A stretch of DNA of 64,000 nt, from assembly GCA_951406725.2 (NCBI GenBank), contig OX597814.1:51894001-51958000 (forward strand), read 5' to 3'. Of this stretch, positions 28,161 to 40,870 are shown in pieces. The DNA is from Octopus vulgaris (Eukaryota). Both the position numbers and the translations under genes were made by a program. Below the pieces are notes generated by a model. The model was not told where the DNA came from. It did not search any database and worked only from the letters and a program-made list of their open reading frames with translations. Every line of letters begins with the position of its first letter. Positions within the stretch are counted from its first letter, which is position 1.

Positions 28161-29679
28161 GTGCACACATCATATATATGCATACACACATATATGGGGG
28201 AAGAGAGGAGGAGAGAGAAAGAGTGCATGTGTGTGAGAGGAAATTAGTGAGAAATAGAAACAGACATACATGAAAATTTACAATGATTTATGTGCTGTGG
28301 TTAACATTTTATTACTAATAGAGAAAGTTTTTGAACTGTCAACATGATCTATTTTGTAATATATTCATTAATATCTATATTACAGACAAGTTTATTTATT
28401 GCCATCATCAGGCACAACATTCATTACATTTATATATGTTTATACACGTATTAACAATGGATTTGACTTTATAAAACTCTACTTCATGTAATGATCTCCA
28501 CGATGCAAGCATAGATCAACCCATGTTATTCAAGTCTGAAAAGGATAGTTGAGAAGGTTGTGGCATAGTGGATAAGATCATTGGAATCTCAGATGAAAAA
28601 ATGATATCAAGTTGACACCTGTACACAGATAAGAAAAGCATGCCTCCCCACCACCTTCCTGATGAATATACATCAACTTACTCAAAGTAGAATGATTTAC
28701 CAATACCTAACAAACTTGAAGTGAATGTTAGTGAGAAAACTTTCTCCAAAAGAAAAAGAATCTATATTCTCAATATTTCGATTGTCATTTTGTTTAGCCC
28801 CGAGTCTGCTAATACTATTAAATAAGTTCCAGCTTAGACCATTTCATCTTTAGATGTTGTAAAAGATATATGCAAAATGTTCTTCCTTTTTTTCTTTTTA
28901 AAACAGTAAGGTGTGATTTGAAGATTTTGCTGCTATTTCTAGGAAGTTGAGACTACCTTGGTTGGCTTTTGTACAAATATTTCAATTTATTAAGGTAGAC
29001 ATTGTGTGACAAGAAGAAAACCTTCTCTAAGAAGAGTCTAAATGCATTTTTTCTTTCCAGCTGAAACCATTTCAGTTAAGACACTAATTACCCAGGAAGT
29101 CTTTGAATCCAATATAACCCAATATCAAACAAACAAACCAATACTTCAAGAGACTGATGCCCAGTTTTGTTAAAGCTTTTAGTGCATTGATTCAACTAAA
29201 TTTTAGTTTACATCTACCTGAAGCTATATTAAACTTACAAACTTTATTTGTGAAGGTACACTGTCCTTATCTACAGCAGCAAGCAAATATATGGAAGATA
29301 TTTTATACCAAACTCAGTATATAAAAAAAAAAAATATGTATAACCTATCACCCTCATCCGTTAATTTTCAGGTGCTATATTTGATGGTTCTCAAATTAAA
29401 ACTTGCTATGCTAATTGTAGTTACTTTAAATAAAAATATTCATAATAATTCAAATTATGTGATAGAAGCAGAACAATAGCAAAATAGGACTATCCACAAC
29501 TACTGGAATATCTAATAAATAAATTATATGGAAACAGTATATGCTCTTTCCCTCTTTTCAGAGAAAAGATCTTTAAGCATAAGGAAAATACACACACACA
29601 CACGTGTGTGTGTGTATGTGTGTGTGCGTAAACCCGGAAGCAGTTCTCTACCCTTCAGAAGAACAATCATCCACATAGA

Positions 29680-29872
29680 AGGCACTTGTGCCAGTGACGC
29701 ATAAGAGAGGCCCACTATATTCTTGGGGTAGTTGGTGTTAGGAAGAGTATCCAGCCATAGAAACCATGCCAAATAAGACTGGAACCTGGTACAGCTCTCT
29801 GGCTTAGCAGTGTTCCAGTCAAACGATCTAACCCATGCCAGCATGGAAAGCAGATGCTAAATGATGATAATG
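29680..29872 (+). mobile_element. RTE 3' end fragment
   Basis: ttaggaagagtatccagcc...acccatgccagcatggaaagcagatgctaaatgatga. Confidence 0.75.
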
Positions 29873-29912
<40 letters not shown>

Positions 29913-29964
29913 TATATACATACATATATGTACATACCTACATATATATGTATATATATGCATG

Positions 29965-30492
29965 TATGGCTACAGGACATCAAAAAACGTCAACAAAATG
30001 AGAAACAAGAACATAAAAAACAAAAACATAGAAAATGCTATTTTTTGAACAGCGAAAGAAACAAATAAAGAAATGAGACAGGCAACATAAAGAACATTCC
30101 ATTCATCAGTTGTCCCCTGTTTTATCTACTGTGTGTTTCGAAGGTAGGGACAAGATGCAACTTCATTAAAACAGTCCTCCCCACAAAGCAAATTAGATAG
30201 AATTTGAGAATTTTTTGTGGAGGATTAAAGTGGTAACAAAAGCAAGACAGTAAGAGAAAAACAGTAAAAACAAACGGTGAGGGCTGTTAAGCCAAGACGA
30301 TGTGAAGTGGTGAATGCTGGAAAAAAGAGCTTTGAGAAGAGACAGGCAAAAGCACGTCTTGTCTTTAGGAAAAAAGTGGAAGAAAGAAAGCTGGATAGCT
30401 GTTGGTCACATGTGAGCAACAAGAGAGTCAAGGAGGAAGAGTGAGAGAGAGAGAAGGAACATTTCTCATTTCTTTTATGTCCTGTACCCATA
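29965..30492. mobile_element. Unclassified about 530-bp repeat with 16-bp terminal inverted repeats, inside a (TA)n microsatellite
   Basis: tatggctacaggacat (29965-29980) is the inverted complement of atgtcctgtacccata (30477-30492) with 1 mismatch. TA-rich microsatellite on both sides. Confidence 0.7.
30099..30224 (-). ncRNA. Candidate permuted hammerhead-like RNA motif (degenerate copy)
   Basis: Minus strand: AUC-uuguccc-ua-ccuuc-GAAA...uaaaacag-gggacaa-CUGAUGA. Stem I 7 bp perfect and stem IIIb 8 bp perfect. Proximal stem III mismatched, consistent with CpG decay. Confidence 0.5.
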
Positions 30493-30562
30493 TGTGCATG
30501 TATATATACATATATATATGTAGGTATGTACATATATGTATGTATATATGCATATATTTATA

Positions 30563-32230
30563 TAAGGTCTTTAAGGGACAACCTGCTGAGAGCCATGGAC
30601 CAGATCTGTGGTTGGTGCAAAGTCCCCTCTCGACCCAAAATAACGTGGTAGTGGAACAATGTTGTAGACAGGGCTATTAAAGAAAAGAGACAGGCTTGGA
30701 AGGTCTGGAAAAATGGTGGTAGCAGGGAATTGTATCAGACTACCAAAAGAGAAGCTGGGAGACAGGTTTATTAAGCCAGAGGGGAAGCAGATAAGAAAAA
30801 ATTTGCCAATGTTCTGCGCCATGAGGACCAAAGACTTGAGGTATTCCGTGTTGCAAGACAGTGTGTGAGAGAGAATCGTGATATGGTAGGAGAGAAATGT
30901 GTTCGCATGGATGATGGCTCACTTGCGCTGAATGAGGATGCAAAGACAAATCACAAATGCCTTCAGGTAGATGGCCCTGCTTGATCTGTAGAAAAGGTGT
31001 AGGTAGAAACTCTATAAGATGCACCAGGTGTAAGATATGGACACATAAGAGGTGCAGCAATGTCAAAGGAAGGCTAACTGGGAAGATAGTTTTTGTATGT
31101 GGCAGATGCTCAGGAGCAATAAACACTGAAAATGCTCAGAGACCAACTTCTGCCACATTCCAGGGAGAAAAACTAGAAATTGTTGATAGCTTCCGTTACC
31201 TAGGTGACCAAGTCAGTAGCGGGGGCGGATGTGCTGAAAGCGTAACTGCTAGAGTAAGAATAGCTTGAGCAAAGTTCAGAGAGCTCTTACCTCTGCTGGT
31301 GACAAAAGGCCTCTCGCTCAGAATAAAAGGCAGACTGTATGATGCATGTGTACGAACAGCCATGCTACATAGCAGTGAAACTTGGGCCGTGACTGCTGAG
31401 GATATGCGTAAGCTCGCAAGAAATGAAGCCAGTATGCTCCGATGGATGTGTAATGTCAGTGTTCATAATCGACAGAGTGTAAGTACCTTGAGAGAAAAGC
31501 TGGACCTAAGAAGCATCAGTTGTGGTGTGCAAAAGAGACGTTTGCGCTGGTATGGTCATGTAGCGAGAATGGATGAAGATAGTTGTGTGAAAAAGTGCCA
31601 CACCCTAGTGGATGAGGGAACCTGTGGAAGAGGCAGACCCAGGAAAACCTGGGACGAGGTGGTGAAGCACGACCTTCGAACTTTAGGTCTCACTGAGGAG
31701 ATGACTAGAGACCGAGACCTAAGGAAGCATGCTGTGCGTGAGAAGACTCGGCAGGACTAGTGAGACCATTACCCGCGGACTCTACCTGGGACATAGCCAG
31801 CCCACTTATGCATACCTTTCCTTCTTGTGTCACAAACCCTACTTGTGAAGACCTGTTGAGGCAAGTGAAAATCAAAATCATTCAACATCAATGGAAATTG
31901 TAGCTGTGATACCAGTGCCGGTGGCATATAAGAGAACCATCCGAATGTGGCCGTTGCCAGCGCCGCCCCGACTGGCCTCCATGCTGGTGGCACGTAAAAA
32001 GCACCATCCAATTGTGGCCGTTGCCAGCTTCATCTGGCACCTGTGCAGGTGGCACGTAAAAAGCACCCACTACACTCAGTGGAGTGGTTGGCGTTAGGAA
32101 GGGCATCCAGCTGTAGAAACACTGCCAGATCAGACTGGGCCTGGCACAGTCTTCTAGCTTCCCAGACCCCAGTTGAACCGTCCAACCCATGCTAGCATGG
32201 AAAACGGACGTTAAACGATGATGATGATGA
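30563..32230 (+). mobile_element. RTE-clade LINE, 5'-truncated with internal RT deletion, intact 3' UTR and (GAT)n tail
   Basis: EN-RT linker (WNNVVDRAIKEKRQAWKVWK), PHD-like Cys/His cluster, FRYLGD, RLYDACVRTAMLH, RRLRWYGHVARM, GRGRPRKTW. 3' UTR has ~55-bp subrepeats and a gatgatgat tail. In-frame stops present. Confidence 0.92.
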
Positions 32231-32659
32231 TTATTATTATATGATCATATGCCATGCATCCATTTTCAAGTAAGTTTTATCTCTCTCTCTCTCTCTCATA
32301 TTAAAGGGAAATGCAAACTGATTAAAATTAGTTCGTATGAACATGAGAGAAGTGGTTTTGTTTGTCTCGTGTGTATATGTTTAACCCTAGGTTGGACCTG
32401 CTGAAGAAGATCAGACCTGGTGAGTTCTTGACTCGCTAAAAGAATATCAGAAACCAATTGGTCCAGGAAACTAGATGGTAAATGTTTTTCATTTCCAAAT
32501 TTATTCCTGTTGAATTTTATCCCCAAATTTTGTGGTTATAGAACCTATCTGTTCTTTCTAGTGTGTAGAATCCCTATAAGTGGATTCCTTATGTGTTTAA
32601 ATATACACTATATCGTGTATATATATATATACACACATACACACACAAACACTCATTTA

Positions 32660-33195
32660 TATATAATGAACACCACCTTTTCTTTTTCATGTAGAATGTG
32701 CTGAATATGCATTTGCAGGGGATCTAATAGCATATTCTGAACGCCTTACTTCCCTGGGCATGGACACATTGAAACTCCGATGTTTGGCAGCTGACTTGGC
32801 AGACACCCATAAAATTATTAACCATTTTACAAACAATAACTCTGAGTAACTTTTCAAACTCCACCTGTCTAACACCCGTGGACATGTTTACAAAGTCAGA
32901 AAACAGCACAGCTCCCATGACTTTTGGAAACATTTTTTCACACGAAGAGTTGCTGAAGCATGGAACAGACTGCCAGCATCAGTTGCTAGTGTCGGACCAC
33001 TGCATCCTTCAAAACTTCCATGCTTCCTGAGATTCGCCAACACTACACCTGATTTCCTCCCCTCCATACACACACAAGCATGTATCTGACTCATACACTG
33101 TTCACTTCCCAGACATTTGTACATTACTGCATATGCTTTATATGCACTTTTGACAAGTTGTGGTGCACCTGAGCACTGTATACAATAATTTCATT
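32660..33195 (+). mobile_element. CR1-group LINE 3' end fragment
   Basis: Same family as 25680-26290 but opposite strand: aaacagcacagctcccatgactttt...gttgctgaagcatggaa...gtgcacctgagcactgtatacaataa. Confidence 0.88.
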
Positions 33196-33869
33196 ATATA
33201 TTATATATGAATTCTATAATTTATTGTACTTTACTTCTTGAACATCTACAAAAGTATGTTGAAGATCCCCATATTCAAATTCCAAGAAAAAAAGCATGAA
33301 AGTATAGTATAGGTGTAGTTACAGGAAACCTGTGACCTAGTAGTTTGACAACTGGAGAATGATAAAAGATATAACTGGAATCAACGTGATCAACTAAAAC
33401 TGTTAATGGTAATAGACAAGCATAGTTGCAATCCAAACCAGAAAAATAATAAAAGAATATCTATGATATCAAGTGGAAAGTGAAAGAGTTAGAAGAATAA
33501 TTCCTGTCTTAACTGAGTTTGCAGTTTGATTTCAGTTGGAGTCTGGTTCAACTGAAACCACACTACTTCAGCAGAAGTCTGATTCAACCAGGCTGAAAAT
33601 TCAGTCCAGTTTCTGACTTGTGAGGAAATAACTTTATTATGATATACAATTGTAACAGAGGGTTGGAGGTGAAATTGTTGGTTGAATTAAAAATAATGAA
33701 ATTGTTTCAGTCATGAATATAACATTATGAAAATTCGTTTTGGAAGGAAACAAAATACTTATGCTATTGTAACAGAACCATCATAGAAATACAGCTTGAT
33801 GAGGTAATTATCTAAGAAAAAAAATATTTACTAGGTCTTCAAGTTTATCATTTAAAAGCAGTTTGAATC

Positions 33870-34247
33870 AAATGGCATGTAAAAAAACACCATTTGAGCG
33901 TGATCATTACCTGTGTCACTTTAGTGGCACTTGTGCTGGTGGCACATGAAATAACATTCTAGCAAGGTCATTGCCAGTGCTGCTGGACTGGCTCCTGTGC
34001 AGGTGGCACATAAAAAAAAACACCATTTGAGTGTGGCCATTGCCAGTATCGCTTGACTGGCCCTCGTGCTGGTGGCACGTAAAAGCACCCACTACACTTT
34101 CGGAGTGATTGGCATTAGGAAGGGCATCCAGCTGTAGAAACTCTGCCAGATCAGATTGGAGTCTGGTGTAGCCATCTGGTTCGCCAGACCTCAGTCAAAT
34201 CGTCCAACCCATGCTAGCATGGAAAGCGGACGTTAAACGATGATGAT
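33870..34247 (+). mobile_element. RTE 3' UTR fragment with subrepeats
   Basis: Repeated ggcac(a/g)taaaa..caccatttgag units and tail acccatgctagcatggaaagcggacgttaaacgatgatga. Confidence 0.85.
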
Positions 34248-37200
34248 TAGTTCTTGGTTGATTTTTGTATAAATTTCTTTCATATTTTACAATTCAGACA
34301 CTTGAAAGCTTTATTTTGTTACATTCCAATTGCTAAACTAGCAACATTATTCTAGTGATTTACAATTCTTAAACGATATAAAAATTCTTCAAAAGGAGGA
34401 GGATAATGAGGATTTCTTCTTGGTCTATACTTTTCCCAAGTATATAAAAATGAACAGGTGGATCAAGGGCAGACAATCTTCACTAATAAAATAGTCAGGC
34501 TATGGTTAATCCATGACTACAAAAAGAGTAATAAAGAAAGATGTGGGAAGGATAAAGAAAGACAAAAAGGAAGAGGTATGAAAACTACTTCAGAAGCAAT
34601 AAGCATTAGTTTAGCATAATCCTTAGATTTTCTCAATATTTAATCTATTAAATTCTAAGAGAATGAAGTGTCTTATAACTCAGTACTCCACATCTATGCT
34701 AATACGCTTCAACTAATCTTTGGTTCTTCACAGTTTCAATACTGTTACTAATCTCTAAATGAGCTCATGTTTTCTGTTGCTGTTTTGAATCTTTTATCTG
34801 CATTATCACATTGAGAATCTGCAACTATCATCTTTCTTTTATAAAGAATAGAGGAAATAAAACTTTCCTGAACAGCCTTTCTCTAGAATCTTCATTGTTA
34901 AGCAAACAGAACGTGTTTTTCACAGAAAGAGCCATGGGGAGATGTGTGTGTGTGTGTGTGTGTGTGTGTGGTGAAAGAGAGAAGAATACACTGATATCTA
35001 ACCGACTACATGCAAAAATACTATCACAGAAAGTTGTTTTTGGAAGTTAAATTCCTTGACTCGCCTACATCTATTTTCATAGGTGTATTACTGTTAGCAA
35101 TATAGGTATTTTTATAGGTATTACTGTTAGCAGACTATAATTAAAATTTTGCTCTTAACATTATCATCATTGTTATTGTTATTATTTTTGTGTTTACTTT
35201 ACTATGCTTGCACAGGTTAAATGACTTTATAGAGATAAATGTTTTTAAAAGGCTGGAGGCTTTTCTTGTTTCCAAGCAAGGTCTATCAAATGAATCACAA
35301 CCAAGGCATGTTTTCATGGAAGACTGTAAATAAACTTACAATCAATGCACAAATATCAAGATAAAATGAATACATATTCATACACACAAGTAGAGAGACA
35401 CATACACATGCAAAAACACACACAATAAGCTCCTTCCAGTTTCTGTCAACCAAATTTCACTCACATGGCATTGGTTAATATTGAAGAAGACATCATCCAA
35501 CAGTATCCATCCAGTAGTTCCAAAAAGAACACTTAACCATACAACAATGCCTGCACCATTGTATATGTATGTATATATTTTATCATGATTGACGTACACT
35601 GTTGTCATTTGTTACAGATTTCCAATCGGCGAAGTTGTTCACTACATTTCTAACAACACGAGAGTCAATGGAGCATCTGTAACTCAGTGTATGACAAATA
35701 TCACAAGAGACTTCTTATGCAGAATGCTGATTTTTCACTTTATTGAATGAACTTATAGATTGAAGAAAGTATTGATTATCATCTACATTTACCGTGTCTT
35801 TATGAAAAATTGCTGTTAGGGCATCTTTAAAAGGTAAGCATCTGATTTTGTGATCTTCAAAGAAAAAGTACATTTCTTTGTACAAACATTCAGGAGAAAG
35901 TTCTACAGAAATATCAATGGCCAATATATGAAAAATTCACTTTAGAACCACACCTATATCATGAATGAAAATTTCTGTTTTCTAAAGTACTAAAGAATAT
36001 ATTAAAAAGTAAACAATATTGTTGCTGTTCTTTTAACTACAAGTAATGTACTCAAAATCACAAATAAGTTAAAAAACCAAGATTTTTTTAATGGTCCCTT
36101 TATGGTTATGTTTAGCATTGATATACAAGTACCATATAGATGTAGTTAGCTCATAGCCATTTTATTTGTTGCTGTTTAGCTTTAAGTCAACTCTGATTGA
36201 GAAGACCTGTAACCAAAGGCATTCCATCCATGACATTCCCGTAGTTTTAGAAGTGTCTCCATCTATATTATCTAATTAGCCCTTCCTTTGTTTTAGGGAG
36301 TTGAAGATGTTTGGGGAAGGTCAGTGGTTTGCCTTTATCAGAGTGAATGATCACGTTGAGGTTCTGAGACACTTGATAAGCTAAGTGTTTGTTATAGGCC
36401 AGATTCTGGTTTGAGTCATTTTACTTCACTTATTCTTTGTGTCTGTGATTTCAAGCAGTAGTTATAATACTAGAAATAGCTTGGCTCCATCAAATTGATT
36501 TTTCCTTATCATACTTTTAAAGTCTTTACTGATGATCAAATGACCCATTAAGAGTTATAAGACATTTTACTTTTCTCTATAACAATGTAAACAGTACATT
36601 TAGCATTCAGAAATATATTCCTTCAATACTAGACATATACTTCAATAAATAATCAAGAAATTCGTTTAAAATCAAATCTCAAAGAAACTAGCTCCAGTGA
36701 GTTTGGCAATGTTCTTTATTTCTGAAAAACCATTAACAGTTGGCCTAAAAACCCAGTTCTTCTGAATCTAAAACAAGAATCAGGTCATAACCTCTCTAAG
36801 TTTCGCTTGAAGGAAACTATCCAAACTTTAGGATAAGAATTGACATTTCTTGCTTCAAAAGATATTAGAATTTGAAATTTATCAATAATATAATGGAACA
36901 TGATGGTTATACAGTTTACTGACGGGCAGCTAATAGGATTCCTGAAATAACAAAACATGTTAGAAAATTTTCACCTAGATAGAACACCAGTCTGTATCAC
37001 CATCTTAAGGCATGGGGTCACTGAGCATTTACCTCTGACCCCACTGGTGGAGGGGTCCAATACTTATCTATGTATGCTGTGATTTTGCTACCAATAAGTA
37101 TATGTAGGGGCCCTTGTGCATTGATTTGCTGCTAAGATATTTCAGCTGGTCTGTCACTCCGAGAAAGTAATTTAACTCAGAATGCAAAACAAATGAATCA

Positions 37201-37324
37201 GTTGTCAATGTTGACCCAGGTCAATGCCAATCAAGCAGATCTCAGGTGAAAGTTGTTCCAGCCTTTTCTTTCACACAAGCTGAATCTAGTACTATTGTAT
37301 TTAAAGTATTTTTTGCCTTTTTAA

Positions 37325-37541
37325 CCCTTTTGTTACCATATTTTTAATGAAATACACAATCTTTGTTTCAATTAATTTTGAAATTGATGTAGGATTTAGT
37401 AAAATAATTTCATTATTAAGCTTTTGTCTGGAGCATACATTAACATAATATTTTTATGGATGGTTTTAATTTAAATAACTTTAAAGCAAGAGATTTCTAT
37501 CATAATATCAGAGCAGTCTCAGGTAGATTAGTATCAAACAG
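37325..37541. mobile_element. piggyBac-type MITE (TTAA)
   Basis: TTAA 37321-37324 + cccttttgttaccata...gtatcaaacag + TTAA 37542-37545. Colinear with 25777-25998. Confidence 0.8.
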
Positions 37542-37856
37542 TTAAGGTTGTGTGATTTTAGGGCTATTTGGTTGGTATTTCCAGCAAGTTGAGTAATTAT
37601 GTGAAGGCTGTGTCACTGGCTTGATCAGTTGTACATTTTAGATTGTAGATACTTGCAATAGGTACATGTAACCCTTCCAATACATGTCACAACTAGTGAC
37701 TAAAAAATCCATCAGTTTACTGGATGAGGACATTGTGGACATACAGGTGTAGTAAAAATAAGACCTATTAAAGCATGGATAAGAATCTCAGAGAAACCCA
37801 CAGTCAATACTATCTAGAAAAAATGGGTACTATTAGGTTATCTGCCTATTGAAATA

Positions 37857-39145
37857 TGAGGTCTGATCCAAAAAGTATCCGGATTAGTGCTATAAAAACA
37901 AAACTACAACACATACCGATTTGGCATTTAATCTCCTTCAAAGTAGTCTCCTTTGGAAGCCATGCACTTAATTCGGTGTTGTTTCTATTGATGAAAGCAT
38001 TTTTGGAACTCGTTTTCTGGGATAATCAGCAGCTGCCTCATCGCATTCACTTTGATTTCCTTGACGTCCTAAAATTTTCCTTTCAAGTAGGATTTGATTT
38101 TTGGAAAGAGGAAAAAGTTGCAAGGGATGAGATCTGGGGAATACGGTGGCTGTCAGATCAGGGGAATGCTGTGCCAAGCCCAAAACTGCCACACAAGCTG
38201 TGCTGAATGGGCTAGTGTGTTGTCATAGTGCAATTGCCACTCACTTGATGCATGCAATTATGGCCTTTTACAATGAATAGCATCCCACAAATGCCTCAAA
38301 ACGTCATGGTAGTATTTCTTGCTTACTGTCTAAACAGTTGGAGCCTATAAATGATGAACAATCCCCTTGTAGTTGAAGAAAACGGTCAACAACATCTTCA
38401 CATTGCTTCAACTCATGAGAGGTTGGAGTCTTCCACTGTGAAGACTGAGCCTTTGTTTTGGAGTCATAGCCATAGACCCATGATTCCTCACCTGTTATGA
38501 CCATTTTCATAAAGTTTTCATCATTCTCAACACAATCAAGGAGATCTTGTGCAACTGAAACCCAAGTGGTTTTTTTGGGTCAGCTGAAAGCAGTTTTGAC
38601 ACAAACTTGACAGACATGCATCTCATACCCAAATCTTCAGTGATAATGGACTGAACTGAACCATAACTTATCTGTACGTCCTCTGATGGCTCATGGATGG
38701 TGATTCGACAGCTGCATACACATCTGCGATATTTATCTCAATTCTGCTGGTTGTGGGTCTCCCAGAATGTTTGTCATTTTCGTCATTTTTGTGGCCATCT
38801 TGGAAATGTCTGAACCACTCATAAACTTGTGTGTGGCTCATACACTCCTCTCCATACACTTTCTGCAACTTTGCATAGGCCTCTGAAAGGTATCGCCAAG
38901 CTTTTGACAAAAGTTGGTGCAGATGATTCTCTGCTCAACTTTCTCTGCCATGGTCAATGCAATGATCACATGCTACAAATGTTTCTTCCAAACACTGTTG
39001 TAAACAACGGAACTGAGCTAGAATGTTAAACTTTAGTGTGTATGCACAGCAGAGCTCAAGGTCAATCTGTGCCAAGCAACTTCACCCTGTGTGCTTTAGC
39101 TTCGTTACTATGGCAACAGTCCGGATACTTATTGATCAGACCACA
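37857..39145 (-). mobile_element. Full-length defective mariner transposon
   Basis: About 28-bp TIRs (tgaggtctgatccaaaaagtatccgga / tccggatacttattgatcagaccaca) with TA on both sides. Transposase fragments VYEWFRHFQDG..SGRP (HTH), ITGEESWVYGYD..QSSQWK and HSPDL; several frameshifts. Confidence 0.93.
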
Positions 39146-39429
39146 TACACATCGTTGTGCATCATCAGCATCCTTGAACTATGGATCATAGTGAAATCAT
39201 CATCATCATCATTTTAATGCTTGTATGGAATTTAATGAAGCAGATTTTCTATGCTCAGATGCCCTACTTGTTGCCAACCCTCACTTGTCACCATCAAGGT
39301 AATATTTCCCCCATGGTGGGACATGCTTTTACAGAAGCCAGGAAACAAAGACACCAACTGTATGGCTGATGCTCATTTACAGCTATCATGCCCTGCCAAG
39401 ACAAGGAGACATAAAACACACCCATGCAA

Positions 39430-39464
39430 ACACATACGTACATACATACATATATATACATACA

Positions 39465-39501
<37 letters not shown>

Positions 39502-39570
39502 ATACACACATTTTACACATACACACACGTACATGCATGCATGCACATGTATACACACACACACGCACAC
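39430..39570. repeat. (TACA)n/(CA)n microsatellite
   Basis: Directly visible; source of several spurious ORFs. Confidence 0.9.
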
Positions 39571-40019
39571 AGCTTCTTCCTGTTTATGTCTATCAAATCC
39601 ACTCACAAAGCTTTGGTCAACCCAAGGCAAGAGTAAAAGACACTTGCCCAAGGTTCCCCACAGTGACACTGAACCTGAAACTATGTGGTTAGGAAGCACA
39701 TGCAGTCATGTATCTGGAAAAATAAATGTTTGTAGGCTTAAGGTGACCTTGTTCCAATGGATGTATAATGTTAGTGTGCATGAAAGTTATAGCACAGGTG
39801 AACTGAGAGTAAAAATAGACAGAAAAATCAGTCATAGTGTACAAAAGAGAAGACTATACTAATACAGACATGTGATGTATATGTAAACTGATAGCTGGAT
39901 TAAAGAAAATAAAGGGATGCACATAGATTACAACAATAGATATGTAAGTCTTCCCTTATTTTCTGCAAGCTACTAGTGCTTGTAGCATGGATCTGATCAA
40001 ATGTAGCTGGGTATAATAA

Positions 40020-40870
40020 TTCAAAGTAATAAAAGATCAACATCCACGTGGCAGACTTAGTTAGAGTAATGAGAAATGTATCCCCACTATGTCAACCACA
40101 AGAACAACAACGCATCCAGCACTACATATCTCGAATGCAACGTTCCGGATACACACAGTATGATAGAATCAGAGTGTACAAAGAAGCGAAAACAAGATTC
40201 AAACGCATTCTAAGAGATGAGAAAAACAGTATATGCCCCCTATACTGCAACAAGTTCTGAAATAGGTTGGAGAGGGAGACCAACAAAAGAAATAAAAACA
40301 ATACTTGGTATGATAACAAAAAGTTTCACAGCGTAATGTTTGTTGATGCTACACCTAAGAATGAATTAAGTAAGGCATTTGAGAAAATCCTGCGTACAAC
40401 TGGTCTTAAGATCAAAGTTGTAGAAAAGACAAGTAGGACTATCAAATCTGTATTACGTACATCATATCCATTTGATAGAATCACGTGTCCAAATAATTGT
40501 GCAGTATGTTCTGCAAACCCACATGTGAACTGCAAAATGAAGAGCACTGTATATCAGATTAAGTGCCAAGAAGGAGCTTGTGCGATCATCCCAGAGTCAT
40601 ATATTGGTGAGACTTCTAGGAGCATCAATGATAGGTTCAAAGAACACCTGGACAACTACATTGAAAAGAAACCAAACTCCATCTTTTATCAGCATGTTGT
40701 AGACTACCTCAAGGGCTCTTTAGGGAGACTTAAGTTAAACATCTTTTCTACAAATCCCACTGATGTAATGCTGAGACAAGTCACTGAAGCTGTCTGTATA
40801 CAAGAATACAAACCCGCTCTCAACCGTAAATCCAAATTGGGTAACACCTAGATTCCACTCAGGAGTACCC
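40020..40870 (+). mobile_element. Penelope-like element 3' fragment (RT C-terminus, Cys linker, GIY-YIG endonuclease)
   Basis: RMQRSGY, CPNNCAVC..NC linker, VYQIKC...YIGETSRSINDRFKEH...EAVCIQEYKPALN. One internal stop at about 40258. Confidence 0.9.

Noticed and set aside
35715-35924. 69-aa minus-strand ORF
   Set aside because: Non-ATG start, no recognisable motif and no supporting splice sites.
36450-36548. Minus-strand ATG GGT (MGHLIISK...) as NCS-1 first exon
   Set aside because: No resemblance to the MGKxxSKL N-terminus and it reaches a stop without a convincing donor.
39251-39862. 203-aa ORF and overlapping ORFs
   Set aside because: Runs through a (TACA)n microsatellite and SINE sequence.
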